A stretch of DNA of 40,519 nucleotides, from the NCBI GenBank assembly GCA_965226055.1, contig CBDDCA010000001.1, forward strand, positions 1-40,519, written 5' to 3'. Position 1 is the stretch's first letter, and each line of letters begins with the position of its first letter. Shown piece by piece: positions 1-10,083 of the stretch. The position numbers and the translations under genes are program-made. The notes below the pieces were generated by a model, which saw only the letters and a list, made by a program, of their open reading frames with translations, was not told the origin of the DNA and ran no database searches. Source of the DNA: Spirochaetia bacterium (GTDB lineage Bacteria; Spirochaetota; Spirochaetia; WTKD01; G963693115).

Positions 1-211
1 TGGAACTTGTGAATATCTATGATACAGGCTAGGAGGACATACATACCAATCACTACACAACAGTTATATATTAATTATACATTTTTTTGAAAGTGCAGGG
101 ATGATAGATGAAGACAAGTACTACAAAACAAAATAACAAACATTTACATTAGTAATATATGTATGAAGGTTTTATATTTTCATCCCTACACAATTTTAAT
201 ATCCCTTGTTT

Positions 212-3200
212 CTATTCTTTATACCATGAAGGCGCGTTTTTTACCCCACTGTCATCAAACATTAAGGACATATTTACACTATCCCCTATATGTTCCCCCC
301 ATGCTTCTAAATCTTTAGTAAATGAAGTCGCTAGATTAAACATTCCAAACATATTGGTTACACTCTCTACATTCCAATCTGATATGTCTTTATTAAATGC
401 AGAGGCTTGATGAAACATGAGAGCCATATCTGTCACTTTCCTCACATCCCATTTTGATATGTCACCATTAAATGCTGTTGCATTAAAAAACATCCTGTCC
501 ATATACGTTACTTTACTTACATTCCAGTTTGATATATCCCCATTAAACTTTATAGCACTATTAAACATCCCGTCCATATCGGTTACTTTACTTACATCCC
601 ATTTTGATATATCCCCATTAAATACCTTATTACTGGCAAACATGGTAAACATAGTAGTTACATTACTTACATCCCATTTTGATATATCCCCATTAAATAC
701 ATGTAATTTTGTTCTCGTGCTAAATAATTTGGTCATATCTGTAATATTACTTGTATCAATAATGTTTAAGTCGGGGTCAATATCATCTATTTTTCCATTG
801 TCATCGGTATCCATTATATCCTGTATCAATGTAATTAAATCGGCTCTATTTTTCGGACTGTATTTATGCACTACAGTAATATCAATAGTGATCTGCGCTT
901 CCCTCCCATCTTGTACAGAAAAATATACTGTATAAGTCGTTTCAGGCTGTGCATACTTTGCTACCCCTGATATTGTGCCATTACTCTCATTAAACGAGAG
1001 TCCAATTCTTTCTGTTATATTTGCAGGTGAAATTAAAAATGTACCCCCACTTATTAAACTATTGGGAGTAACTTCCATAACAATAGGAGTAATTTCTGTT
1101 GTTCCGTCTTTTCCTTGTGCTGTTGCTGACAAGGTTGTCAATGTAGTACTGCTTCCTTGTTGCTTTGCTCTCATGCCAATAGAGGCAAGGGTCGTTACTT
1201 CTATTCGTATGCCTGTAGAGACTTTTGTGGTATTTGTTGCATTGACTGCTTGTACTACTATTTCATAGGTGGTACTTTCAGTAAGATTATTTATAGCTAT
1301 GCCTGTTGTCGCTCTCTTTGTTACTTCACTCGGGTTATTATCTGCTCCTATAATCTCTGCTATTGTTCGGTCACTGCCTCCCTTTACCACACGATACACT
1401 TTATACGATACATCTGCCGTTGTGAGTTGTGTTCCGTCTGCTTTCTTGTGACTGCTTGTAAGTGTTGGAGCTTGCCATAATATACTTGCACTGTCATCGG
1501 TAATATTCTGCGCTGTAATATTGCGCACGTCTGCGGGTGCTGTTGCTTGATTAGTGGTAATAGTAACAGTAATTACTTTACTTCTTTCACTATCTACATA
1601 AGTGTGAGCGGGTGAAGTGCTAGAAAATTGTACTGTGTATTCTTTATTGCTGACTGCTTTAATAGGCGTACCCGATATTTTCCCTGTTGCACTATCAAAC
1701 TGCAAGCCTGTGTCTGTAGTAAAAGTAGTAGGACTTATTGCGTATGTTCCTGCAATGCTCACAGACTTGGTAAAGGTTAGCTCTTTTTCTCTTGGTAGTG
1801 CAATGCCTACAATATGAGTAATACTGTTACTACTTGCGGTAATACTAAAGTACCATGTAGGCAATTTAGACACTTTTGACTTATCAAAAGTAGCTGATTT
1901 TGACACTTGCTTACTTCCTATATGTTCCTTCCATACTTCTAAATCTTGTGTAAAACTACTTGCTTCTTTGAACATTCCACTCATAGCGGTTACTTTACTT
2001 ACATCCCATGTAGATATATCCCTATTAAATGCGATCGCTTTGTAAAACATGCGGGTCATTTTTGTAACTTTACTTACATCCCACCTTGATATATCCCCAT
2101 TAAATGCAGTTGCTTTGTAAAACATCCCGCTCATATCCGTTACTTTCTCTACATTCCAGTTTGATATATCCCCATTAAATGCAGAGGCTTCTGCAAACAT
2201 TACACTCATATCCGTTACTTTACCTACATTCCAGTTTGATATATCCCCACTAAATGCAGAGGCTTCCCCAAACATTTCCTCCATATCGGTTACTTTACTT
2301 ACATCCCATTTTGATATATCCCCATTAAATGCAGTTGCTCCGCTAAACATACTACTCATATCGGTTACTTTACTTACATCCCATTTTGATATATCCCCAT
2401 TAAACGCGGATAATCGTGTAGTAAAAGTAAACAGTCGGCTCATATCCGTTATTTTCCTTACATCAATATTATTTAAGTCTGGTCTGTTACTGCTTTTACT
2501 CATCTTATCCTTTATCAATTTTATTAACTCGGCTTTATTGTTAGGGCTATATTTATAAGCAACAGTAATAGTAATAGTAGTCTCTGCTGTTCGTCCGTCT
2601 GTCGCTGTAAAGGTTACTGTATAAGCAGTTTCAGGCTGGGCGTATTTTGCTACCCCTGATAGTGTGCCATTGCTGGTATTGAAAGAAATACCTGTATTTG
2701 CTGTTATATCGGGATTTATTGAAAATGTACCCCCGCTTACTACACTACTGGGCGTTACTTCCATAAGAATAGGAGTAATTTCTGTTGTTCCGTCTTTTCC
2801 TTGTGCTGTTGCTGACAAAGTAGTAAATGTACTACTGCTTCCTTGTTGCTTTGCTCTCATACTAATAGTGGCAAGGGTAGTTACTTCTATTCGTATGCCT
2901 GTAGAGGCTTTTGTGGTATCAGTAGAATTGACTGCTTGTACTACTACTTCATAGGTGGTAGTAGGCTTAAGGTTAGGTATAGTTGTGCTTGTTGTTCCTT
3001 TTGCTACTTCAATCGGGGTCCTGTCTTCTTCTTTAATCTGTGCTATTGTTCGCTCATCGCTTCCCTTTGCCACACGATACACTTTATACGATACATCTGC
3101 CGTTGTGAGTTTTGTTCCATCTGGTTTCTTGTGACTACTTGTAAGTGTTGGAGCTTGCCATGATATAGTTGCACTTATATCGGTTGTGCTTCCTGTAACA

Positions 3201-3685
3201 TTGCTTGCCTCTGCGGGTGCTGTTGCGTGATTAGTAGCAAGGGTAGTTACTTCTGCTTTTATTCCTATAGAGATTTTTGTGGGATCTGTTGTATTGACTG
3301 ATTGTACTACTATTTCATAGGTGGTAGTAGGCTTAAGATTGGTTATAGTTATACTTGTTATTCCCTTTGCCACTGCTAGCGGGTTAGTATCTGCTTTTTT
3401 AATTTCTCCTATATATCGGGTATTTTTTCCCTTTGCAACATGGTATACTTTGTAAGATAGATCTGCCTTTGTTAGTTGTGTTCCGTCTGCTTTCTTATGG
3501 TTCTTCGTAAGCGTTGGAGCTTGCCATGATATACTTGCACTGGTATCGGTAGGACTTCCTATAACATTGCTTGCCTCTGCGGGTGCTGTTGCACTTACTA
3601 CTTCTTTACTTACTTTTAGTTCCTCGCAAGCAAAGAAAAATATAAACAAAGAAAAAAATAAAAAAATAAATGTGATGGCTTTCAT
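212..3685 (-). CDS. BspA-like surface lipoprotein: Fn3 modules, putative Ig domains and two DUF285 repeat blocks
   Basis: 1157-aa ORF. Signal peptide ends FFFAC (lipobox). Three near-identical Fn3-like modules (ATAPA...ISWQAP...YKVY...YEIVVQ). 25-aa repeats FNGDISKWDVSKVTDMxxMF occur as 6 + 5 copies plus caps. SD-like GAGGAG upstream. Confidence 0.85.
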   Translation of the reverse strand: MKAITFIFLFFSLFIFFFACEELKVSKEVVSATAPAEASNVIGSPTDTSASISWQAPTLTKNHKKADGTQLTKADLSYKVYHVAKGKNTRYIGEIKKADTNPLAVAKGITSITITNLKPTTTYEIVVQSVNTTDPTKISIGIKAEVTTLATNHATAPAEASNVTGSTTDISATISWQAPTLTSSHKKPDGTKLTTADVSYKVYRVAKGSDERTIAQIKEEDRTPIEVAKGTTSTTIPNLKPTTTYEVVVQAVNSTDTTKASTGIRIEVTTLATISMRAKQQGSSSTFTTLSATAQGKDGTTEITPILMEVTPSSVVSGGTFSINPDITANTGISFNTSNGTLSGVAKYAQPETAYTVTFTATDGRTAETTITITVAYKYSPNNKAELIKLIKDKMSKSSNRPDLNNIDVRKITDMSRLFTFTTRLSAFNGDISKWDVSKVTDMSSMFSGATAFNGDISKWDVSKVTDMEEMFGEASAFSGDISNWNVGKVTDMSVMFAEASAFNGDISNWNVEKVTDMSGMFYKATAFNGDISRWDVSKVTKMTRMFYKAIAFNRDISTWDVSKVTAMSGMFKEASSFTQDLEVWKEHIGSKQVSKSATFDKSKVSKLPTWYFSITASSNSITHIVGIALPREKELTFTKSVSIAGTYAISPTTFTTDTGLQFDSATGKISGTPIKAVSNKEYTVQFSSTSPAHTYVDSERSKVITVTITTNQATAPADVRNITAQNITDDSASILWQAPTLTSSHKKADGTQLTTADVSYKVYRVVKGGSDRTIAEIIGADNNPSEVTKRATTGIAINNLTESTTYEIVVQAVNATNTTKVSTGIRIEVTTLASIGMRAKQQGSSTTLTTLSATAQGKDGTTEITPIVMEVTPNSLISGGTFLISPANITERIGLSFNESNGTISGVAKYAQPETTYTVYFSVQDGREAQITIDITVVHKYSPKNRADLITLIQDIMDTDDNGKIDDIDPDLNIIDTSNITDMTKLFSTRTKLHVFNGDISKWDVSNVTTMFTMFASNKVFNGDISKWDVSKVTDMDGMFNSAIKFNGDISNWNVSKVTYMDRMFFNATAFNGDISKWDVRKVTDMALMFHQASAFNKDISDWNVESVTNMFGMFNLATSFTKDLEAWGEHIGDSVNMSLMFDDSGVKNAPSWYKE

Positions 3686-3857
3686 AATTTTATAACTCCT
3701 CTCAATAGAACAGTATTATTTACCTACAATTATAGTATAATATGCTTTTTTTATTGTTAGAAATAGCATTATTTTCTTGCCATTATAATATTATTTTATA
3801 ATTTTATTGCTAAAGTGATATGCTTTACACAATTTACAATATATCTTACTTTTATTA

Positions 3858-3965
3858 TTAGTACCATGTAAGCAATTTAAGGACTTTAGAATTATCAAAT
3901 ATCTCACTTCTGGTAATACTTTCCCCTATATGCTCCTTTCATGCTTCTAAATCTTTACTAAAACT
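3858..3965 (-). pseudogene. Remnant 3' end (C-terminal cap) of another DUF285/BspA-like gene
   Basis: Minus strand reads SFSKDLEA*KEHIGESITRSEIFDNSKVLKLLTWY*, homologous to SFTQDLEVWKEHIG...FDKSKVSKLPTWY in 212-3685. There is an in-frame TGA at the conserved Trp. Confidence 0.75.
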
Positions 3966-4023
3966 CCATTTTTAACCCCAAAATAACAAAGAATAATTAC
4001 ACATTTTTGGCTATAATTACTAT

Positions 4024-5292
4024 ATGAGCATTGAAATCACAAAACTTCCGTTTCGCATCCCCGACATTATGCTTCCTAACAAAAGCATAGATATGCACAC
4101 ATGGAGTGTTATTGCTTGTGATCAATTTACCAGCGATGCTTCTTATTGGCAAGAAGTAAAGAATATAGTACAAGATCGCCCCTCAACGCTCCATCTTATT
4201 CTGCCCGAATATATACTCTCAGAGAATGATGAAACACAGATACAAGATCATTTTACCCATATTAACAACAACGCACAGTACTATCTGAAAAACAATATAT
4301 TTGATACCTATGAAAATGCCCTCATACTCACAAGACGAACCCTTACAAGCGGTCATTGTCGAAGCGGTGTTATGATACAAGTTGATCTTAATGCGTACTC
4401 TGCTCATCCGCAAGATGTAAGTGCTATCAAAGCAAGTGAAGCAATAGTCGAGTCTCGTCTTCCTCGCAGAATACAGGTACGAAAAAGTAGTAATATTGAT
4501 ACCCCTCATATTCTTATGCTTTATTTTGATAAAGAGAACAGCCTGCTCACACAGCTTAGGCACATACAAGCAAAAACCCCACTCTACGATACTCCACTGA
4601 TGCTTGGAGGAGGATCTATCACAGGACATCTTTGTGATACCCAAAAAGGACTGAGGATTTTTCAAGATTTTTTTCTCACACAATCACTTGTTCCTCTTCT
4701 TATAGTGGGAGATGGCAACCATGCACTCATGTCAGCAAAAAAAGTATGGCAAGAACGTGGCTCACGTCTTGATGATCCAGAGCGTTGGGCGTTAGTGGAA
4801 CTTGTGAATATCTATGATACAGGCATTAGCATAGAGCCAATTCATCGTGTGTTATTTGATGTTGATAGTGATGCTATTATCCAAGCACTAAAAGAATATG
4901 GCACCGTAGAATCTATTACAAAAGAGCTATTAGCTACCTATACCCCAAAAGACACTGAAGTACTTATATGTGGTAACACTACATCATATATATGGAACAT
5001 TACAACAATGGAAGCACCGATAACACTGGCTATTGAATTACTTGAAACAATACTTACACAAACACAGCATCTATATACGCATATTGATTTTATTCACTCA
5101 CCAGCAGCAGTACTATCACTAGCAAATGATACAAGGCAAACAACTAATAGACTTGGATTTATTCTCCCACAGATAACACAGGAACATATTTTTGATATGG
5201 TACATACAAAAAAATTATTCCCTCGCAAAGCCTTTTCTATTGGAGAAGAAATTGATAAACGGTATTACCTTGAATCATGCTTAAAGTCATAA
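4024..5292 (+). CDS. DUF1015 family protein
   Basis: 422 aa. Motifs WSVIACDQFTS, GDGNHAL, LVELVNIYD, FPRKAFSIGE and KRYYLE are typical of DUF1015. Confidence 0.85.
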   Translation: MSIEITKLPFRIPDIMLPNKSIDMHTWSVIACDQFTSDASYWQEVKNIVQDRPSTLHLILPEYILSENDETQIQDHFTHINNNAQYYLKNNIFDTYENALILTRRTLTSGHCRSGVMIQVDLNAYSAHPQDVSAIKASEAIVESRLPRRIQVRKSSNIDTPHILMLYFDKENSLLTQLRHIQAKTPLYDTPLMLGGGSITGHLCDTQKGLRIFQDFFLTQSLVPLLIVGDGNHALMSAKKVWQERGSRLDDPERWALVELVNIYDTGISIEPIHRVLFDVDSDAIIQALKEYGTVESITKELLATYTPKDTEVLICGNTTSYIWNITTMEAPITLAIELLETILTQTQHLYTHIDFIHSPAAVLSLANDTRQTTNRLGFILPQITQEHIFDMVHTKKLFPRKAFSIGEEIDKRYYLESCLKS

Positions 5293-5314
5293 ATATAGAA
5301 ACATAGGATATAAT

Positions 5315-5917
5315 CTAATCAGCACCAACAGGAGTATGTATGTTCTCTCTATAAGAGGTATCATGTTCTTTTTGTACATGATTTTTGTATATAGGGTGGG
5401 TATTGTTCTGACTATGCGTAGTATATGCATGTGTGTTTACATGAGTAGATATGTTGCTGTGTAATTTCGTAGTGCGTACTGTTCTTTCTTGTATCCTCTG
5501 TTTTCTTCTGTACAGCTTTAATGAAACAAGCATACATTCTATCGCAAAACTTATAAAAAATAATATGCTGTTTGAGACATAAAAACTTTCCTTAAACAAA
5601 ATAAGTGTACCTGGAGTATAGCTATTTCCTTTATTGAACATAGAATTTTCAAGTCGTATATAAAATTCATCGTCTGACACTAAGCCTACACGATGTGCAA
5701 ATACCTCCAAATATCGCTTGCTATTTTCGGCTAAGGATATTTGTGCATCAAGGTCCTTTTGTATCTGTGCAAGCTGATTATAGTTTTCTGTCATTCTTGC
5801 TACAATATACCTTTCTTGCATAAGAGACACTATTCCTGCACGACCTACAAGGAGCTGAAAAGAGAAAAAAATAATAAAAAAAGTACTTACAATGGTAAAA
5901 AAATTCATTACACTCAT
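5315..5917 (-). CDS. FtsB/DivIC-like septum formation initiator
   Basis: N-terminal TM, GxxG, coiled coil, then AHRVGLVSDDE (resembling the FtsB AR.LG.V..GE motif). A second TM segment follows. Confidence 0.6.
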   Translation of the reverse strand: MSVMNFFTIVSTFFIIFFSFQLLVGRAGIVSLMQERYIVARMTENYNQLAQIQKDLDAQISLAENSKRYLEVFAHRVGLVSDDEFYIRLENSMFNKGNSYTPGTLILFKESFYVSNSILFFISFAIECMLVSLKLYRRKQRIQERTVRTTKLHSNISTHVNTHAYTTHSQNNTHPIYKNHVQKEHDTSYRENIHTPVGAD

Positions 5918-6049
5918 ACAGTATCGGCAGAAAAAAGAAGAAAAAGTATAGTAAATAATACTAAAGAAATAAAAAATAATGCCGATTATGGTAATGGTAT
6001 AGTACTAAACAATATATTAAACAACAAAAGTGAGGCTTCAGTTTATATT

Positions 6050-6538
6050 ATGATGGAATTAGCAAGATTAAGTGTTCATGAAACTCAAGAATTAAAACAA
6101 ACACAAAACAACACAGAAGATGCTCATGATTTTACACATGATATATTTCTCACTCCCCCAGAAATTCTCATTACAAAAGCATTACATCCCGATCAAAGCA
6201 CTATTGAAACTATAGATCAACCTATGGTTAAAACTATAACTAAAACTATAACTCAAACTACAGTGCAGAAAAAACATAGTTCTCTCCAATCATCCGTAGC
6301 AGAAAGCAATAATAAAAAAAATACTCATGTACAGCACCACAAAACTCCTGTATATACAACACAACAAAGTATGACTCCACTTTCTTCTGTAAACATACAT
6401 GCCCACAATGACGCGGTGAGAGTACGATTAGATGAAATAAAAACAAGACTCTCACGTATTAGTAGCAAAGTAAGCACCTATGTCAACAGTAGATTTACAT
6501 CAGTACATCAAAGACAAAAAATACTAAGAAAAAAATAA
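6050..6538 (+). CDS. Hypothetical protein (Thr/Gln-rich)
   Basis: Portion of ORF 5741-6538 that does not overlap ftsB. ATG at 6050 is preceded by GAGG. No recognisable motif. Confidence 0.5.
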   Translation: MMELARLSVHETQELKQTQNNTEDAHDFTHDIFLTPPEILITKALHPDQSTIETIDQPMVKTITKTITQTTVQKKHSSLQSSVAESNNKKNTHVQHHKTPVYTTQQSMTPLSSVNIHAHNDAVRVRLDEIKTRLSRISSKVSTYVNSRFTSVHQRQKILRKK

Positions 6539-6573
6539 CACAAGAAAAGAATATGTTGCTATAGTAGTAGTAA

Positions 6574-8178
6574 GTGAACACAATTAATCTTGACTTGCTC
6601 TATTCTAAAGAGGGGGAAATTGAAAGTTGTAAGATTAATAATCAATCATTGCATTCTAAGTATGCCCCCCACAAAGAAGCTCTAAGAGTCTTTACGAAGC
6701 AAAACCTTGATGTCGTAAAGACACAGACTCGCATTGTGCTTATAGGAGCTGCTTTACATTACGATATTCAAGCGATTCGCACATTAAGTCCTAGTGCAAA
6801 AATTATTGCTGTATATTTTCATAAAGAACTTGCTGCCCATAGCAATGCTGACATAGCTCTCTATTACGATACCAACACCACAACACAACATGCTTTTTTA
6901 CCACAACTAAAGAAAGCATTAGATCAATCGTTTCAATTACTCAGCAATCCTTCTCATACTGATATAGCAGTATGTTATTGGCCTACTTCTATGCGCATAT
7001 GGCAACAGCATTTTCAACAATGCCTTCATGATGTAAAAGAAACATTATTGCTCCACAGTTCTGAGACAAATACTATACGACATTTTCTTCCTCAATGGAT
7101 TCGTAATGCATGTTACCATTTTCTGCATATACAATCGTATGCAAGCATCACCGCAGAAACAAAACCTATAGTACTTGTTGCAGCTGGACATTCTCTCAAT
7201 GCTTTTCTTTCCAAAATACAGAGTATTCGCAAAAACATATGCCTCGTGGCTCTCTCTTCATCCCTCCACTGTCTGCATAGTCACGGCATCATCCCTGACA
7301 TAGTAGTACATCAAGATGCAAGCTATTATGCACAGCGACAGCTTCACTATTATTTTGACAAAAAGGCTTCTTTGCTTGCTATGCCATTAAGTGCAGGAAG
7401 ATTACACATTGCCTCAGACATAGCCCCTATTCTCATTAACACTCATCAAGAGATGGAGCAATTATTATCTTTTAATGAAGGCATGAGCGTGCCTGCATAT
7501 GCAACGGTACTTGGCACTGCTATAGATATATGTAGTACATTAAGCTCTCATGAGCTCATACTTGTTGGAGCAGATATGAGTATAGACTGTGCTTCTGCTC
7601 ATTGTATTCCTCATTGTAATGCTGATGTACACAGCACCCACTACACATACAGTAGGGAACATATGCTATTGCAAGAGTACTTACAAAGCCATCATACACT
7701 TTCACAAAAACGCTTTGGCTACCCTTTAAAACAAAACAATGCACTCAAACAATATGCACAATGGTTTTCTCGCTGGAAAAACAATAGTAAACATAGGTTG
7801 CTACATATTCTGCCTGAAAAAGAATCATCGTTGCTTGGATTACACACAGCTTCCTCTTTTCCACAATCTCTATACACCACTACTGATTCACAAAAAAACA
7901 AAAACCTACAAGTTACCTATACATCACGAAACACAACATTTACAGAACGAGTACACATACTACAAAAACATATCGCTCAATGGGAACATGCTTCTCAACA
8001 TATACAGCAAACTACCGCTTTACTAAGCCCTATGAAAGAATTTCCTTCCTCTTCTTTACAGACACTTATCAAAGATATAACACACTACATAGGCAAAGAA
8101 CGATGGGATACCTTACTTACTCATATAAAACATTCTCTTTCTTCTGCCAAGTTCAACAATACCCTCAGTCCTACTTAA
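6574..8178 (+). CDS. MAF (motility-associated factor, DUF115/MptE-like) protein
   Basis: LHSKYAPHKEA, IVLVAAGHSL, GIIPDIVVHQD, TVLGTAI and LILVGADMS match the MAF_flag10 pattern. Confidence 0.75.
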   Translation: MNTINLDLLYSKEGEIESCKINNQSLHSKYAPHKEALRVFTKQNLDVVKTQTRIVLIGAALHYDIQAIRTLSPSAKIIAVYFHKELAAHSNADIALYYDTNTTTQHAFLPQLKKALDQSFQLLSNPSHTDIAVCYWPTSMRIWQQHFQQCLHDVKETLLLHSSETNTIRHFLPQWIRNACYHFLHIQSYASITAETKPIVLVAAGHSLNAFLSKIQSIRKNICLVALSSSLHCLHSHGIIPDIVVHQDASYYAQRQLHYYFDKKASLLAMPLSAGRLHIASDIAPILINTHQEMEQLLSFNEGMSVPAYATVLGTAIDICSTLSSHELILVGADMSIDCASAHCIPHCNADVHSTHYTYSREHMLLQEYLQSHHTLSQKRFGYPLKQNNALKQYAQWFSRWKNNSKHRLLHILPEKESSLLGLHTASSFPQSLYTTTDSQKNKNLQVTYTSRNTTFTERVHILQKHIAQWEHASQHIQQTTALLSPMKEFPSSSLQTLIKDITHYIGKERWDTLLTHIKHSLSSAKFNNTLSPT

Positions 8179-9979
8179 ATATAATACGCCTCTGTCCTGT
8201 AGATGGATATGCTGCAGCAGTTATCAGAGACGATATTCCTCCATCTTCTTCCCTTGCACTAAGATAGTTTGCTAATGACTGTTGGTATGTAGTGCCTAAC
8301 AAAACATACTCAGCATCATGAAAAGGGTATTGATCTCCTCCTCGAGCAAGAAAATCAACGGTAGCAACAGATACACTTGGAGCAGAACTTACAACTGCAC
8401 CATTTCGTACAATATAGCGTCCATCATCTAATCGCAAGGAAATAATTCGCTTTCCTTCTTGTACAATAGCATTTGTTTCGTTATCCAGTATCAACGGAGG
8501 CTGACTTGTATCAACTTCCATAGAGAAGCCACTAATCTGAGCAAAACGCCCTTTCGTATTTTCTACTTGGCTGACGGCATTTTCCATGAGTAATTTTAAC
8601 TGACTTGCAGATACAGTAGGGACTACTACAAGAAAATTAGGAAAAGGGAGCATAGTGAAAGTATCAAGCTCACTGATAGATTCGCCTTTTTTTATTACTA
8701 CACTGTTTCGTATGCCTCCTCCGTTTTGAAATGCAATATCTGGCTTTACCACTCCATATTCTTGATGAAGCTCCTTTGCTTGCCATAATAAAGCATCTGC
8801 AACAAGAGAACCTCCATTTGTTTCTTGAGTTCGTACTTTTTGTCGTGTGCCATCAAGAGTAACTTCGGTGTTTGCTAAAATATTGTTTGCCATATTCTCT
8901 TCAAATTCCATAACAGGTATGAGAGCTTGTTGCATCACTGTGCTATCAAGTTCTACTGCATCACTTTGCTTACTACTAGGATCTGCCACCCGCACTATCT
9001 TGCCAGTAGGAATGGATACTATATCTCCTTTTGCATCAAAGGATACTACAAGATTACCAACATATTGATATTTTCCGTTAGTAGTGATAATAGGCACATC
9101 TTTTCCTTGACTGTCCTGTGCCATCATAGGATACTCATCGTATGCTTTACTTTCTTGATCTTCTGGTAACAATATATCATCTGGATTTGCAAGTAGCTCA
9201 TTTCCTCCTCCTGCAATAACAATGTCCACATCGTATAGCTGTGATACAAGAGTTCTCTCTGCTTCTATGCCTTGTAAGTGAGAGACAAGAATAATTTTAT
9301 TTACTCCTAGATCAATCAATTTATTTATCTCTGTTTGCACAATGAGGCGCAGATCACTCATAATCTTTACTCTACGAGGAGATGATATGGCAGCAAGCTC
9401 AATGGTAGTTGCTCCTATAATACCAAAATGGGCATTATTGGATTCTACTACTATACTTGGAACAATACGTCCTTCTTCATATAACTGAAAAAGATTAGGT
9501 TCTTGTGAAAAATCTAAATTTGCAGACAAAAAAGGAGTGTCTTGCTCTACTTCATTGATAAAATCTGCAAGCACATCAGGACCAAAATCAAAGTCATGGT
9601 TACCAAGAGTAATGGCATCATATTCTATAGCATTTAATACTTTTGCGTCATAAAAAATATCATTTCTCATAGAAGCTGCAAATATTGTTCCTGCTAAAAA
9701 ATTATCTCCTGCAGAGAGTGTTAATGTTGCATGTCCTGCTTCTTCTGCTGTAGAACGCAACTGATGCAACAGCGTAACAAAAGCCGCTGCATTTCCATAC
9801 CCATCCTTAGAGCTAAGATAACTTTCTCCATCATTATTATGAAATATACTCACAGTCACTGGGCCGTCTTTAGGATAAGAGCCTTGCTGCTCTCTCAGTG
9901 CAGCACTTTGAAGCACAAGTACACACAATACCAATACACTATATATCATTATTTTTTTTACTATATTCCTCATATTCAC
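8171..9979 (-). CDS. Exported 5'-nucleotidase / UDP-sugar hydrolase (metallophosphoesterase plus 5'-NT C-terminal domain)
   Basis: Signal peptide. Motifs HNND, SAGDNF, LGNHDFDFG, SANL, SHL, NGGGIR, LPFPN and FLARGGDQY. Confidence 0.9.
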   Translation of the reverse strand: MNMRNIVKKIMIYSVLVLCVLVLQSAALREQQGSYPKDGPVTVSIFHNNDGESYLSSKDGYGNAAAFVTLLHQLRSTAEEAGHATLTLSAGDNFLAGTIFAASMRNDIFYDAKVLNAIEYDAITLGNHDFDFGPDVLADFINEVEQDTPFLSANLDFSQEPNLFQLYEEGRIVPSIVVESNNAHFGIIGATTIELAAISSPRRVKIMSDLRLIVQTEINKLIDLGVNKIILVSHLQGIEAERTLVSQLYDVDIVIAGGGNELLANPDDILLPEDQESKAYDEYPMMAQDSQGKDVPIITTNGKYQYVGNLVVSFDAKGDIVSIPTGKIVRVADPSSKQSDAVELDSTVMQQALIPVMEFEENMANNILANTEVTLDGTRQKVRTQETNGGSLVADALLWQAKELHQEYGVVKPDIAFQNGGGIRNSVVIKKGESISELDTFTMLPFPNFLVVVPTVSASQLKLLMENAVSQVENTKGRFAQISGFSMEVDTSQPPLILDNETNAIVQEGKRIISLRLDDGRYIVRNGAVVSSAPSVSVATVDFLARGGDQYPFHDAEYVLLGTTYQQSLANYLSAREEDGGISSLITAAAYPSTGQRRIIFK

Positions 9980-10083
9980 TCCTATTTTTTATTCTTCTGT
10001 ATACCATATACATATGCTATAGTATGGTAATTCTTTCTCCTTCATTAGTATACTAAAAATATCAAAATGAGTATACTATAGGC

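Noticed and set aside
330-2450. 75-bp repeats as a CRISPR array or DGR template/variable pair
   Set aside because: They are in-frame DUF285 coding repeats. No reverse transcriptase is in the window and differences are not adenine-specific.
3935-3945. TGA-to-Trp recoding suggested by the DUF285 remnant
   Set aside because: Intact genes use TGG for Trp and TGA as stop (herA, fabD). The remnant is simply decayed.
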